Origin: Eledone cirrhosa | Lineage: Eukaryota | Assembly: GCA_964016885.1 (NCBI GenBank) | Contig: OZ024742.1 | Location: 65,782,001-65,846,000 of the forward strand | Direction: 5' to 3' | Length of the DNA: 64,000 nucleotides | In this document: piece by piece, positions 14,994-33,382 of the stretch | Layout of the letters: each line of letters opens with the position of its first letter | Position numbering within the stretch: the stretch's first letter is position 1 | Translations under genes and position numbers: made by a program | The notes under the pieces: model-generated | Told to the model about the DNA's origin: nothing | Database searches by the model: none | What the model saw: only the letters and a program-made list of their open reading frames with translations

Positions 14994-15740
14994 GCTGAGA
15001 TAAGAAAGGGTGGTTTATCTTTCTTTATTCAAAGCATTTCATAGGAAAAATTATAATAATGTAATTAAAAGGATAATTAATTTATTATTTATCTAGTTTT
15101 ATTCAAAGAAAATAGTTTTATATATTCATTAAACAATTGATATAAAGAGGGTAACGATGAAGGTTAAAAACAAATCGTAACTAGTCAAAAGTCAATTGCA
15201 GACTCATTCAGAATCATTGGCATGCCATTCAAATTTCACTGGTTTAGTTAACCAAGCCACCAAGTAAAACCATGCCCAGTTGCGTGTTGTAATTTGTAAT
15301 TCCATCTCTATGTTATACTCGCCATCATTGATTACAGTTGCTCCAGAAGAATATCAAAGCGCTTCCAAAGGCCATGGGCACATCGCCTTGCTTTAGATCA
15401 AGATTAATAATTTATATATGAATGCTCTGTCAAGCCAACGGCAGGTTTGTTAGCTTACACGAAGTTCTAAATGCGCCTTAAATGAATAATCACAAACTGA
15501 CTGAGGTTAATTCTATATATTACACAAGTCTTTTTGAATCTTCATGCTAGACGTATCCAGATTACATAAACAGATACTTCCAAAACAAACATTTCATTTG
15601 GAGGTGCTAAGTTCGTGTCTTTCAACACCACCAACAGTATCATTAATAAACTACAATCGGGATATGGCTTTAAACAAAGACAATGTATGCACATGATCAG
15701 CAGAAGTTAATGAGCATTAACTTTTATCAACTTTTATCAA

Positions 15741-15906
15741 GGTAGTGGATTGGCAGTATCGGTAGAGGGTCGGACGCCATGCTTTGCAGTATAGAGTTAC
15801 GGCCCCTTGCGTTCTGATTTCAAATCCTGCCGAGGTTAACTTTGCCTTTCATCCTTACGGGGGTCTGGGATAATTACTGGCCTTGTGCCATAAGTAGAAC
15901 AATTAT
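15741..15906 (+). mobile_element. SINE family A with internal deletion
   Basis: Same family; TSD CTTTTATCAA at 15731-40 and 15907-16. Confidence 0.85.
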
Positions 15907-17039
15907 CTTTTATCAACTGAAATATCGCCTACTTCTGACCAGGCATCACTCATTTTCAAAATTTATGTCTATATCACAAATCACCAAACGGAATATGAAA
16001 TGCACATCAAACCAAATTTGAAATTCAAATAAATACTAATCCTAATGATTCTAGAGAGCTTGTTTGCTGAGTACTATTTGTTCTTAAGCATTTGCTTTGC
16101 TCATATCATCACATGTAGCAAGGTACAGCATTTGAATTTGGTCACCGTTTCATGGTCTACGAGAAAATATGAAAATACTGATCCTGAAATAGAAGTCGTT
16201 CTAGCTAAAACAGGAAGAAATACTAGTTCTTAATTTGTTTTGTGACGTAAGTATGGTTTAACTTTTCTGTGAATTAGCCAATTAGATTCATGATTCAATG
16301 CACTTTGCCCTTTTGGTCACAATGGAAGAAAAATGTTTGGATATCATAAATAACGAAAGAATTATGCAGAGGAGACAAGTATGTATACAAAAACACCCGA
16401 TAATGATGTAGATCCTATAAATTTCTATAATGAGAAATTACCCAATATAGTTGCTAAACAGCAATAATAATAGTAGACACTGAAAATGAGATATGTTGCC
16501 GCACTATTGTAAAATTTAAATAAAAGTAACTCACTTTCAATGGAATAGATCTGATCTTCACAACTCACAAGGCATTAGTTACACAGTTGAAACATGAGGT
16601 TACGCAGTTGAAAAAGCCCGAAACAACATGTTTGCGAATGATTTACTTAACCACAGTGATAATGTAGAAAAAAGTCCGAGAAAAATTTTGAAAAATTTTG
16701 TTGTATAAATGACATGTTTTATTAATTTGAGATACTGAATAAAACTTGATTCTTCTTTACATACATGTAATGACATTATTAAAAAGTATAATATCATTGT
16801 GTTCTAGTCATGTATTATTACTTAATAAAGTGACTTAAAATATAATTTGATTATTTACTACAACTATTATTTATGGTAACAAAATGAAATATGACATTTT
16901 TCCCCGCAAGGTTTTTCTGAGCAATTTTCTGACTTTCTGTGGATGTTTGCCTGAAAGTTTATTTCCGCCCATTTTTCCGCGAGTTAAAACTTTCTTTATA
17001 TAAATCGGAATTTTAATTCACATGATTTACACTAGACAC

Positions 17040-18240
<1,201 letters not shown>

Positions 18241-18581
18241 TTCATTTATTGTCGATTGTATTGAAAATTATGTTCTTGATAAATATAAGAATAACCGCAT
18301 TTATACGCACATATCTAACCACATAAACGCATTCCCATACAAACGTATATTACTATGCCAATGTTTTATTACTTTCAATGATTGGTAACTTGAAGAAAGA
18401 TATTAGGGCTAATCAGAATGAGGTCAGGACCCGTGTCAGGATAAAACTGTCAGGAATGTCAGCAGGTATATATTAGGAACATATCCTTTCGAGTAAACGT
18501 GTGATTTTCATACGTGATCTTGACCAAGTACATCCACTATGTGTGAGTGGAGTTTACAGACAAATATCTTTCTCTCTCTCC

Positions 18582-18673
<92 letters not shown>

Positions 18674-19210
18674 TTCGATTGTTGAATTTGTATGTTAAAA
18701 TATTTTACACGATTGTATGTAAAATCCCGGCCATATGTCTTTGTATTGTCCCCTTTTCTTGCACGCCCTTGTGGCAAATAAATAAATCTATGTATCTATT
18801 TATCCATCTATCTATTTATCTACCTGTCTGTATGTCTGTCTGTCTATCGGTTTATCTGTCTACTTATCTACATATCTATCTCCCTATCTGTCCATCCACA
18901 CACGTATACATGCACAGACATATGAACCCACCAGCAACACAGATACTAGAAGGGAAATTTGGACAGACAATTGAACTGCAAAAGAGTTTAATAGAAGACA
19001 TATAAAAGAGGGAAGGGTGAAGGTAAGTCAAGGACAAAATATATCCACAAAGGCTGAAACGATGTAAGTACAATTAATATATTCATGCCGAACGAGAAAA
19101 AAAAAAAAAATCTTTCTTCGAAGTAGAGTAAAAGGAAAAAGAATCAGATTGTTTTGTTTACCCACTACGATTTTGACATTTTAGCGGTATGATATACATA
19201 CATACATACA

Positions 19211-19640
19211 TGGTGGCTGCCAACTCGTTTTCGAGTACGGCCACTACTTTACATCCATGTAGGAGAACCCCTACCGATGCGCTGAACGATTGTGACTTTT
19301 TAGTCCAGCCAGCGACTTGAAAACTCTGGTACAAACACTACACTTGTGACAATTATTGACACATAGTGCTTTACCTTTGGTACCATGTGACGACAAGTGC
19401 AGAGAGATCTCCAGATATAAAGCAATGCCTGTGCCGTGAAGCTTTTATAGTGAGCAAAGGCACTGCACAAAGCCAGTCCAACTCTCTTAACCAAGATGAT
19501 ATGTACCAAAAAGAACAAGTCAACATCATTGGATACCATCAGGGTTGCAGGTGTTATATCAGAGTTTTCCTTCTCCTAGAATTCTGCCTTGACAAAGGCT
19601 AAGGGGTCATCTCTCCCAGTGATTTTGGATGGCCATTGAC
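19211..19640 (-). mobile_element. Possible LINE (RTE-like) 3' fragment between (CATA)n tracts
   Basis: Higher-GC block flanked on both sides by (CATA)n; minus-frame YKSFTAQALLY resembles the post-RT YKxxxxPxLLY motif. Confidence 0.3.
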
Positions 19641-19749
19641 ATACATACATACATACATACATACATACATACATACATACATACATACATCCATAGAAAC
19701 CGACGTTCTCTCTATTGGTAAAACTTTGTGAAATTATAAAACCAGAAGA

Positions 19750-19861
<112 letters not shown>

Positions 19862-20439
19862 GCGTGTCTGTGTGTTACAAAACTTTGAACATTTCTGTCT
19901 TGTAAAGTCGGACCTTCTTCCATCCTTCGAGACATAAACATTTCTTGTTTATTACACATATCATGTTAATTGTATTAACAGTATATATGTCCTGCATTCA
20001 ATACATGTTTAGTGCGTTTATTACATAAACCCATAAAACAATCAGTTATGCATAGAACATTTGGACAATTATACTACATTGAGATATTTGCATCTATGTA
20101 CGAACATTCAATAATTAGTTTATTATTATATTTATTTTATGGGTTTTGGTCATATAACAGCTGAGATGTTGAGGCACCGCCAGGATTTAGTCTTTCATAT
20201 CGACCTCAGTAGATACATCTAGTTTGGTACATAAGTTATCATGACTTCGCTTGTCCCTAGATAATGTAGCATAAACACAGGCATGCAAAAAAATAAACAC
20301 GGACACACACACATATGTACACATGCGCACACATATATATGTGCATATAGATATATATAATGGTTGTATATATGTAAGAATATATATAAACCCATAGAGT
20401 AAATATTTGTTATTGATACAGATAAAATGTTTAAGCAAT

Positions 20440-21790
20440 TAATTTTTGCGTTCACCCAAAATCCTGTAATTTATATGAGGTTACCGAAAAACTGATCAGA
20501 GTGTTATAAACGACATCAACAACGTTGCTTTAAAATCTCTTTGGCACTAAATATCCAAGACCGGACTGAATCTCTGAACACTTTTGCTGATAGTTTTACC
20601 CTGAATGACCATAAAGCGAATTTCGATATTAACCTACCTATTCGGCTCATTAAGCCCATTAAGTCTGATTTAGGTAGGCTTAGTAAAAGAATTTTAGAAG
20701 GGAATATATCTTACCTAAAATTAGATATATGGCTCCTTTAGCCCCGTGGAATAATTCGTTGGCGGTGATTTGTTGGTTCAAGGAATACTGCCGTTGTATC
20801 CACTCCGACATCAACAACTACTATTGTTCCATCACCTTACCAATCCTTCTTAGAGCTATTAATTTGGTCAAAACGCTCACGAAGGATAAGGATTTCGAAG
20901 TTGATGTCAACTTAAATGCTCGTAAGTCTGTGATAAATTTCGACAACTCTATTTGGTTTAAAAAATCAAATAGTATTCCATTCGACGAGAGTATGGGCGG
21001 ATGTTACTGATCTTATTGGTCTAATTTTACTCAAGGAGGAACTTTCTAATATAGGTCGGGGTCTGTACCATGATGATGAACAATGATTAATGGCGGACCC
21101 CGATCTATTGATAAGTTTAGAAAGGATCTTATCGCCATCTTTAAAGGTTTCAACCTTTCCATTCAAGTTGATGCCAAACTATCTGTGGTTTGTTCCTCGA
21201 TGCAACACTCAACATGTCGAACTGTCTGTAAACTCACAAAACAAGCCTAATGACACGCTAAATTACATTTGTAATGATTCTAGGAATCTCTAGTTCGTAG
21301 CTGATTTTGAAATAATGTAGAATACGTTAATTACGAGCCCCAAACTAAGAAACCTAGCTCTAGATGAATTATATGATATAATCCCCCATATAATATGGCA
21401 GTACACGCACTGATAGCTAAATCTCTCCTTAATTTAATTAGGAAGCATTTTCTCTTAGCAGATGAATATCCTAACATTTAAAATAAAAACAGTAAATATA
21501 TATCTTATTCCACAACTCCCAGCGTCGCACACAATATAAATGCACCTAACGTAGCTAAATTCCGTAGCCGTAGTAATATAAACAATTATGAAGTGAGGTC
21601 TAGCTGCAATTTTGTCAATAGGGACTACTGCCCTTTAGACTGGAAATGTCTATCAAGCAATATAATGTATAAATGTCAGATTGATACATCCACTACGAGT
21701 AAAATTTACATACGGTTTAAGCAGCTTTTATACATGCACTCTTATTCATTTCGGTACGAAAATAACATCCGATATACATAAACGCTTATA
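20440..21790 (+). mobile_element. Decayed Naiad-like PLE (RT + GIY-YIG)
   Basis: Fragments DHKANFDINLPIRLIKPIKSDLGRLSKRIL, WNNSLAVICWF, DINNYYCSIT, ARKS...FDESMG, GLYHDD, YNPPYN, CNFVNRDYCPLDWKCLSSNIMYKCQ...KIYI, in the same order as the 29.3-31 kb copy. Confidence 0.8.
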
Positions 21791-21864
21791 TATGAATATA
21801 TATGCGTTTGTGTATATGCGTTTATATGCGAGTATGGCAAAGAGCCCCTGCGGTCACAAATGAT

Positions 21865-22182
21865 AATGGTAGTTGTACCTAGAAAGTTTCTCTCCGGGGC
21901 ACAACTCCGGGCAAGGTTGTTTGTGGAAGACCAGTAGTCACCCATGCATACAAGTCTCCCCTCTCCACGCCACCGATGATGTCCAAGGGAAGGGCTAAGG
22001 TCGATACAGCTCAACATCAGTGACGTCGCAAATCATTTCTACGTGAAATGGGGGCAACGTCAAATAAAGTGTCTTGGGGCAACGTGAAATAAAGTGTCTT
22101 GCTCACGGACACAACCCTGTCCGAGAATCGAACTCACAACCTTCCAATTGCAAGCCCAATGCTCTAACCATTAAGCCATGCG
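21865..22182 (-). mobile_element. Second tRNA-derived SINE family (family B)
   Basis: Minus strand has A-box TGGCTTAATGG and B-box GAGTTCGATTC, then GAGCAAGACACTTTA central motif and a LINE-like 3' tail. Confidence 0.7.
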
Positions 22183-23761
22183 AATATATGTATGTGTATA
22201 TGTTTAGATCACTATCAATATTTTATATTGTTATTATTATTTATTACTATTATTAATACCTTCAGTATTTTTATGTTTAATCCTTTTAATACTATTTATA
22301 CCATTTTCCATAAATGGTAGCTGGAAATAATTCGGCTATTTTAAAAAGAATGTTACCCTCCTGATATTTTTTATAGCAAGAATATAATTTCTTCACGGCA
22401 AAAATTTGTTCTTCCCGTTCCACATAAAGAGGCAATTCTTTTTGCATACATTTCACTCACCTCAAGAGAACGTCCTCACGCACTACAGTTATGTATTTCT
22501 GTTTTCTAAAGGTAATATTTGGCCGTATCCTGTTTTGAGATATTTATTTCTGCGTCACCAGATTGCCTTTTTCTCAGTCTCAGATGAACACGTTTAGAGT
22601 GAAAGCAGAAATTCATTGCTTAAACTTTTAATCTATGAGTGGAAAACAATAGCGCGACACACATGAAGCACGTGGGTATTTATTATTCCTAAAGCAGTCA
22701 CGTTGAAAAAACACAAAATGTGCTGTTGGAAGCATGGGTAATTATTTTCACATGTTTTTTTTTTATTCGATTAGTTTATAAAATCAAGCAAAAAATTTGA
22801 TTTATCGAGAATTCTATTAAGCGTCTTTTCTATTGATAAGCGATCATAAATATGTTCCCTACGCAGGGACTATATACTTTACTTATACTTATACTAAATT
22901 ATCTACGCTTCGTAGAAATATCCATTATTTAATTAATTGCGCACACAGGCAAACACACATATGCCACTCACAAATGTGTGTGGTACAAATAAAAGCTGTT
23001 TTTTTTGGTTGATATGAAATCCGTTTGGTATCTATTGATAATTTCTTTTGCAAAGAAAACTAAATAAATTCGAATTATAACTTAAACATTTATAAATTTG
23101 TAACAAAACCAATCTGTACATTTTATATCCCCTCCTCTTTCTTTTTCTCTCACCCTTTTTCACATTCATTCCCTCTCTTTTACACTTACAAGCACTCTAT
23201 CTCTTTCTCTCTCACACACTCACACATTCACTCATTTTTTCACATACACATACCTGTCTAGTACATTAACGTGCTAACAATAGATAGTTTAGTGATTTAG
23301 TGATGATGGAAAGGTGAATGGCACAAAAAAGTGAACTCTATAGATAATGAACACAACCACAAGGATATGGCCCGAACGTGGAAGAGCCGAACTCACACTG
23401 TCGACATAAAGATAAGGGCAATTGCCTCGGGGAGGCCAGCACGTGGGACCCTATTAGCTCACCATACGGATTAATAGGCAAAGTTATAAACTATTGTAAA
23501 TAAATAATAATTGTGGGTTGCTTTGTTTTTTTTTTAAAAAGCATTATATTAAATTTTTATACAAATGAGTTAAAAAAAAAAAAATTGTGTATCACATAAA
23601 GAAATATATCGCTTGGAGCAGGAGAATGTTTTTGACATTTGTATATATTTTTTTCTAAACACTAGTTATAACATCAATAAAATTATTCAGTATGTATAAA
23701 TGTATGTATAAATGTAAGTATGCACACGTACACACACACATACACACACATACAACACGCG

Positions 23762-23929
<168 letters not shown>

Positions 23930-24253
23930 CATACATACACATAATAGCATATACATATGTACGTATGGGTTATGGAACATTAATAATAATGTTCGAGTGG
24001 TTTGTAAACAAACGACCCAATATGAAGATGCCGGTGACCGATCGTCACCTGTTTGTTCAACACTGGCTTTGAGGAGCAATCAACATGTTTCTGGCACATT
24101 ACCCTTCATCAATCTGTATATAAGATAGGGTGTGGTAAAAACCAGATTACTCGGTATTTGCGGTAGTAGAGTGGGTAATATGAAAAGTTGGTAATATGAA
24201 ACGGCCTGAGCTCAGCCATCGGCGTCCTGCATCTTTTCATATATATATGTATA

Positions 24254-24284
<31 letters not shown>

Positions 24285-24289
24285 GCATA

Positions 24290-24382
<93 letters not shown>

Positions 24383-24388
<6 letters not shown>

Positions 24389-26301
24389 ATAGAGGTGTAA
24401 AACACGAGTTATGATATATTGGTAAAAGGAAAAGAAAATGCTGACAAATTGTTCCCAGTGAAAAATAGTTTAATTAGGAATAAATAAAAATTAGTAATAA
24501 GTATTGGTTAGTATTCAGTTTCAGTTTTAAGATTTTACCGGTTGCGCATTTCTAATGCTTTTCAAAAATAATTTTGAGATAGAGCGCCCGTGATGTTTGC
24601 TCTAATCTGATTAGTTTTGGAAATTCTACCTGTTTTATGTGAAAAAAATGGCTCGAGAGGTATTAAAATAAGTTTCGCACCAATTCTTGAGGTCAAAACA
24701 ATTTTGATTGGTCGGTAGAGGTCACGTGAAATCCTTTGGCACGAAAACATCGAGAAACTTAAAGAATTTCACACCCTTATAAATGGGCTCAACAGGAATA
24801 TCAACTTTATGATGGAATACAGCCATTAACAACTCCTCTTCCTCGACCTCCTCATTAAGATTCATAACAAAAAAATAGAAACAGACATATACTACAAGCC
24901 CACAGACTCCAAGCAATATCTTCCTTTCAACTCTTGCCAGCCTAGAGACGTTAAAATTAATATTCTCTACAACTTAGCCAAGAGAATCTGTACTATAGTC
25001 TCCAATAAAAACACCTGTTACTTACAGCTACAAGAACTAAAGGACACACTCATAGGCAGGGACAACTCTGCATCACTAATTGACAATGGAATCCAACGTG
25101 CCCTAAAACTCAGTACCCAGGACCTTAGACACCCTAAAGTAAATCAACCGAAACTAAAAGCTCTTCCATACATCTCCACACACAACCCACTCAACAATGA
25201 GGCCATTGACACCATCCTCCAGAACATCCCTGTGTTAAAAAAGGACCATAGAATGAACCAAATCCTTCGAACACACGGTATCATAAAGAGCAAAAGACAA
25301 TCTAAGTCAATGAAAAACATCCTAATACATACCAAAGTACTGCCAACCGCAACAACGAAACCCACAGTAAAAAAATGCGATAGACCCAACTGTGGCATAT
25401 GCATCAACCTAATAGAGGGTTCGGAATTCTATTTCAAAGAAGGACAACGTTTTATAGTAAAACACAATTTCACATGCGCATCAGAAAATCTAATATATGT
25501 ATTAACTTGCTCAGGTTGTCGAGAACAATACATAGGCCAGACCAAAAACAGCCTCCGCCAACGCATGACTGTCCATAGATCCCAAATTAAAATACGGGAA
25601 TACAGGAAAATACCACTGAGTGAACACTTTGATACCTGTGTCGCCTAAAATCATCCCAACTTTAGAATCTTTGCCCTCTACAAATTTAAAGATAATGTCA
25701 CCCACACCCAGCGTATCATCAAGGAATCTCACTTTATTAACAAATACGGACCCCGTCTAAACACTTCTCGCTAAGATGAACCCACAACATACACACGTCA
25801 ACATACATACCTACATCAGCATACATCCTACATACATCTCTATCCACATATAAACACAATGACATACGTAAACACACATGTTCTAAGGTGCAACACAATT
25901 ATACACAAATTTGCTTACATTTTGATGTCTATAGATATAAACGTACCGACACATACACATACATATACGCACACATGCATTGCACATTGATGGGCACATA
26001 ATATTTGTACACAAGTATTCCAATACGGCAGGGTCTAATGGATTCCCCTTGCAGTACGTACAATCTGGACACACTCACACACACCTTGGTGTTATGACAA
26101 TACTATATATCATTTCACACCTTTTATTAATGTTTTTGATGTTCTTTTGAGAGAATCGTTTTTGCTGAAAATATCGAATAATGTACACCATTTTTACCAG
26201 TATCACAAAAATACTGGTCCACCCCCCACACACATACACACATACACACACACACACATATACCAACACACATACACACGCGTACACTAACATACAAAGA
26301 G

Positions 26302-26347
<46 letters not shown>

Positions 26348-26455
26348 CTCCGTATAAGACAAGAGCTGAAACATATCTTTCAACATGTTAAAATATCCCC
26401 CACACACATACAGACAAATTCCTACTGACCGATCCCTCTATCACGAATTACTCTG

Positions 26456-26526
<71 letters not shown>

Positions 26527-27068
26527 TACACACACACACACATATTTGTCTTAATAGGCACCTGAACTGTTGACCTTTCAACATGACTGCAATTCACACA
26601 CACATCCCTACTGACCATTATCACAACAATGAACCTCTTTACTACACACACACACACATATTTATCTTAAAATACTTATTTTTCAGTGACTTCTCAATCA
26701 GGCGAAAAAGGACACTCTTCGACAAACCTACATTTGGCGCAAAATCAATTTTTAACATTCACGTGACCTCAAAATTGTTTTGACTACAAGAATTTTTGCA
26801 ACACGAATTGGCGCGAAACTTATTTTAATACCTCTGGAACCACTTTTTTCGCATAAAACAGGTAGAATTTCCAAAACTAATCAGATTAGAGCAAACATCA
26901 CGGGCGCTCTATCTCAAAATTATATTTGAAAAGCATTAGAAATGCGCAACCGGTAAAATCTTAAAACTAAAACTGAATACTAACCAATACTTATTACTAA
27001 TTTTTACTTATTCCTAACTAAACTATTTTTCACTGGGAACAATTTGTCAGCATTTTCTTTTCCTTTTA

Positions 27069-27077
<9 letters not shown>
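24383..27077 (+). mobile_element. Neptune-like PLE, 5'-truncated, with inverted pLTRs
   Basis: RT thumb (FLDLLIKIHNKKIETDIYYKPTDSKQYL), KCDRPNCGICINL linker, GIY-YIG (LIYVLTCSGCREQYIGQT) ending ~25774; (CA)-rich 3'UTR; inverted repeats ~24414-24730 and ~26757-27077; ~30-nt tail 24383-24413 on the upstream arm. Confidence 0.9.
26926..26955 (+). ncRNA. Hammerhead-like motif, U3-A8 variant with GCAA instead of GAAA (mirror at ~24536-24565)
   Basis: TTGAAAA-GCATT-aga-AATGC-GCAA-CCGG-TA in both pLTRs. Confidence 0.5.
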
Positions 27078-27103
<26 letters not shown>

Positions 27104-27488
27104 CCATCAAAACGGCTTGAGCTCTGCCGTCGGGGTCATACTTTTACCTATATATATATATATGTATATTAATATATAAATAGCCGTCGAAACGGCTTGA
27201 GCTCTGCCGTCGGGGTCATACTTTTTCATATATATATATATATATATATTAGAAAGTGAGGTTTTTTTTTTACAGAATGAAAAATAACCGAGCTGTCCTA
27301 CACGAGTGAAAGTATAAAGAAAAAAAGATGAAATCGAAAATGCAACTGGAGTTTTATTTAAAAAAAAAATATATATTTATTTGGTTTCTTTACCGGTTTC
27401 GCAGTTCTTCTGCTTTTCAAAAGTAGAGTTGAGATGGAGGGTCTGTGGTTTTTCTCACATATATATATATATGTATATATATATATTC

Positions 27489-27890
27489 ATTAAAATATAA
27501 GTATTAATATAATAGATGTTTTTTTGATGAATTACATTTTATTATATATATTTCGGATGTACAACAGTACGTCCTCATCAGACAAAATATAATGATACAT
27601 GACATACCCTGAGATGTTATATGGTTAAGATTTAATCAAGGTAGTGTAGACTAATATAGACTACCTTGATTAAATCTTAACCATATAACATGTCAGGGTA
27701 TGTCATGTATCATTATATTTTGTCTGATGAGCACGTACTGTTGTACATCCGAAATATATATAATAACATGTAATTGATCAAAAGAACATCTATTTTATTA
27801 ATACTTATATTTTAATATTAATAACTCCTGAAAATTATTTTACCGTTGAGTGCTCCCAATCTACTGTAAAACTCATTATTTGACATAATC
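27489..27890. mobile_element. Hairpin pLTR mini-element with two outward-facing hammerheads
   Basis: Arms 27489-27645 and 27660-27816; CTGATGA-GGACGTAC-tgtt-GTACATCC-GAAA-TATA-TA (27545-27581 -, 27724-27760 + with one stem II change); unpaired tail after 27816. Confidence 0.85.
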
Positions 27891-27988
27891 ATCGAATATT
27901 GTTTAACAACTTAATATATATATTTGAAATGCACATAATAAAATACATGGAACTCCTTTAACCATCTTTTGATCTTATATTATATATA

Positions 27989-28342
<354 letters not shown>

Positions 28343-29036
28343 CCATCGAAACGGCTTGAGCTCTGCCGTCGGGGTCTTTTTTAAGTAAAAAGAAATTCAA
28401 ACACACACACACAAGCACACAAATAAACATACATATCTTTACTTTATTTATTCAATAGAAAATCTGAATTCTGACACCCCAGCGAACTAACCATATTCAC
28501 TGAACCAGAACAATTCTCCCATCCAATTTCTCTTGACCATTATCTTTTACTTGTCATAAAATTCTCTAAAAAGGCTACAGAATAGATTTCCAAATAAGGG
28601 CGCGAAAATTTAATGAAAACTTGTTCACCTGACAGCCATAATTTCATTTATAATCAATCAAATTATGTTTATTAAAAAAAAGCCTTCGTGAGCCCCCCCC
28701 CCTTTTTTTAAGTGGAAAGAAATTCATACACTCATATATGAAAAAACAACCTGTGACACCCCCCTCTTGTTTGAAGAACTTTGTAACGCGAACTGGCGCG
28801 AAATTTATTATAATTATTGACCAACCAATCAAATTACTTATCGAAAACCATGGCATTTCGAGCCACTTTTTCCATATAAAACAAGTAACATTCAGAGACC
28901 AACCAGATGTGAGAAAAACCACAGACCCTCCATCTCAACTCTACTTTTGAAAAGCAGAAGAACTGCGAAACCGGTAAAGGAACCAAATACATATATATAT
29001 TTAAAAAAAGATAAGACTCCAGTTGCATTTTCGATT

Positions 29037-31232
<2,196 letters not shown>

Positions 31233-32478
31233 TTTATGCAAATGTATTTGTATGTATAGAGTGATAATATTGGATATATATAAGATTAATTTATTAACAT
31301 AAGAGATCTGTATAACCTATATGTTGAGTGCAATGAATTATGTATGAATGGTATGTAAATTATATATGCAAGTATAACTTGATGGATAGATTAATGACAT
31401 TGTAAATGAGGGATGTTCTTGTCTGCCCTAGAGATGTATTTGGCTTTGCCATGCAAACAGCCATACACTGCCCCAGAACTTACAAGTGGTTATGTAGACA
31501 TAGTTCTAATAGGTCCCCTGACATGTTCTGTGAGTAGACTACATTTGCAAAGAACTTTGATATAAAGATATGGCTCTTTGTATGGAATATTCAGTTGTAG
31601 CACTCTGTGATAGGGAGTAATCATCCTAATATAAATACCTTTAGTACATCATGATAGAGTAGACTGTATTTAAAATTAGAAACTGAATATAAATATATAA
31701 CCGTCTATATAAGGGACTCAATTGAGACACCTTATACTGTATGTTAGAACAATAAATTTAGTTATGGAAATCAGCTAGTTACCTCCCCTTACGCATTAAC
31801 TCCCCTTAATTACACACACACTTCCGGATAATAAACCGATGTAAATTCTCGCAGCAGAAACAACCTACTCTATAAAATTAGATTAAAGAACACTGAGCCG
31901 CAATAAGCTAAAATAATTTAATTTAATGCATCAAACATCCAATATGGAATCATCGTTAATTATGTGATGGATGTATATACTATATATTACATTTCCTGAA
32001 TGTGAAAATAGTGGTGGATACGAAAACCATAACTTTCTTTTGCTTCTCTTTTTTATATTTATTTTTCTGCACACATACTTTTTTATTATATACAAAAAAT
32101 ACCTTACCACTACAACCTCCAAAATACTCTTACTTACCCGCTTAAAGTGCTTGTATTACATGTAACACTCTGCCACACAATAATCATATATAAATGAGAC
32201 ACACGTGCATGCCCCACGTGTAACTAACGCATACAATAACTACTACATCTGACTAACAAACTATCCTCTTGCATTATCTATGTTAACTGCCGAATGTATT
32301 TTAATTTTGTTTTAATTTTAATTTTGATTTTGAATTTGAATTGCTATAATATAATATAATATAATATAATATAATATAATATATGTCACTCCGCTATACA
32401 TCAATATATATATATGTATCTGTATGTCTCTTGCGTTGGAAAGGAGGTCAATTATGTGTACAAACATTGAAAAATGCT

Positions 32479-32520
32479 CCGAAGACACCAAGCCTAGGTT
32501 TGGATGAAACAATTGTAAGT
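32479..32520 (+). ncRNA. Degenerate minimal hammerhead
   Basis: CCGAAGA-caCCAAGCC-ta-GGTTTGGat-GAAA-CAATTG-TA; U4C change in the core. Confidence 0.45.
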
Positions 32521-32934
32521 GAATAAATGCTTTGAACATAGCTTTGATTCTTGTGAATTCTATATAACTGCTCTGTAGAACAACTGATGTTATTACATTG
32601 AGCTATTTATCTTACTGGTAATAAGGTAGTAAATAAATTACTGACCTTCACTGTTTAGGGTTTAAAATATATATAACTATAACAAGTTTTAGTATATACA
32701 TAACCATAAATAGTATCCTTAATATTATATATATATATATATCTGTTAGTTCTTTCGTTACTTTGGTATTGCGTGGTTGGGTTTTTCCTACCGCAATGTT
32801 CAATTTGTCAAGCTATTTAAAGGTATGTTATTACTCTAAGCACCTACCCTTATTCAGGCTTTGCTAACTCATTCCTATTGTAGGTCGACTTTGCTCGCCC
32901 ACAGCCAAAGCTTCTATTTTACTAAGCTTCCACT

Positions 32935-33003
<69 letters not shown>

Positions 33004-33382
33004 CTTAAGCCAAAATACCTATTGTGGGTCGGGATATAAACTAGACCAACTAAAATGCGTCGGTTATATTCATACAGTTCCCAAAACATGGTTTCTGGAA
33101 TTCAAGAAACAACATTAATTATTCAAAGACATTGGAATAATCAATATTGATTTTGGCTTAAGTTTAATATATTTGATTATTTCTCAGTAGATAATTTATT
33201 GATATATGTTTTCATTTCATTGGGATGTCTAAGTATTAGAGAGAACTAACTTTAAAAACTGATATATATATATATATATATATATACTTCGTCGAACGAA
33301 ACCGAACACATAACCTCGTGTGTTAGAAGTAATTGTCAACCTCTACCTCGTAAAATTTTATTTTATATTTTAAATATATGCA

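Noticed and set aside
16300-17010. Possible MULE-like transposase remnant and subterminal repeats
   Set aside because: Only faint similarity (NDVD...PNI) and no matching second terminus; too weak to call
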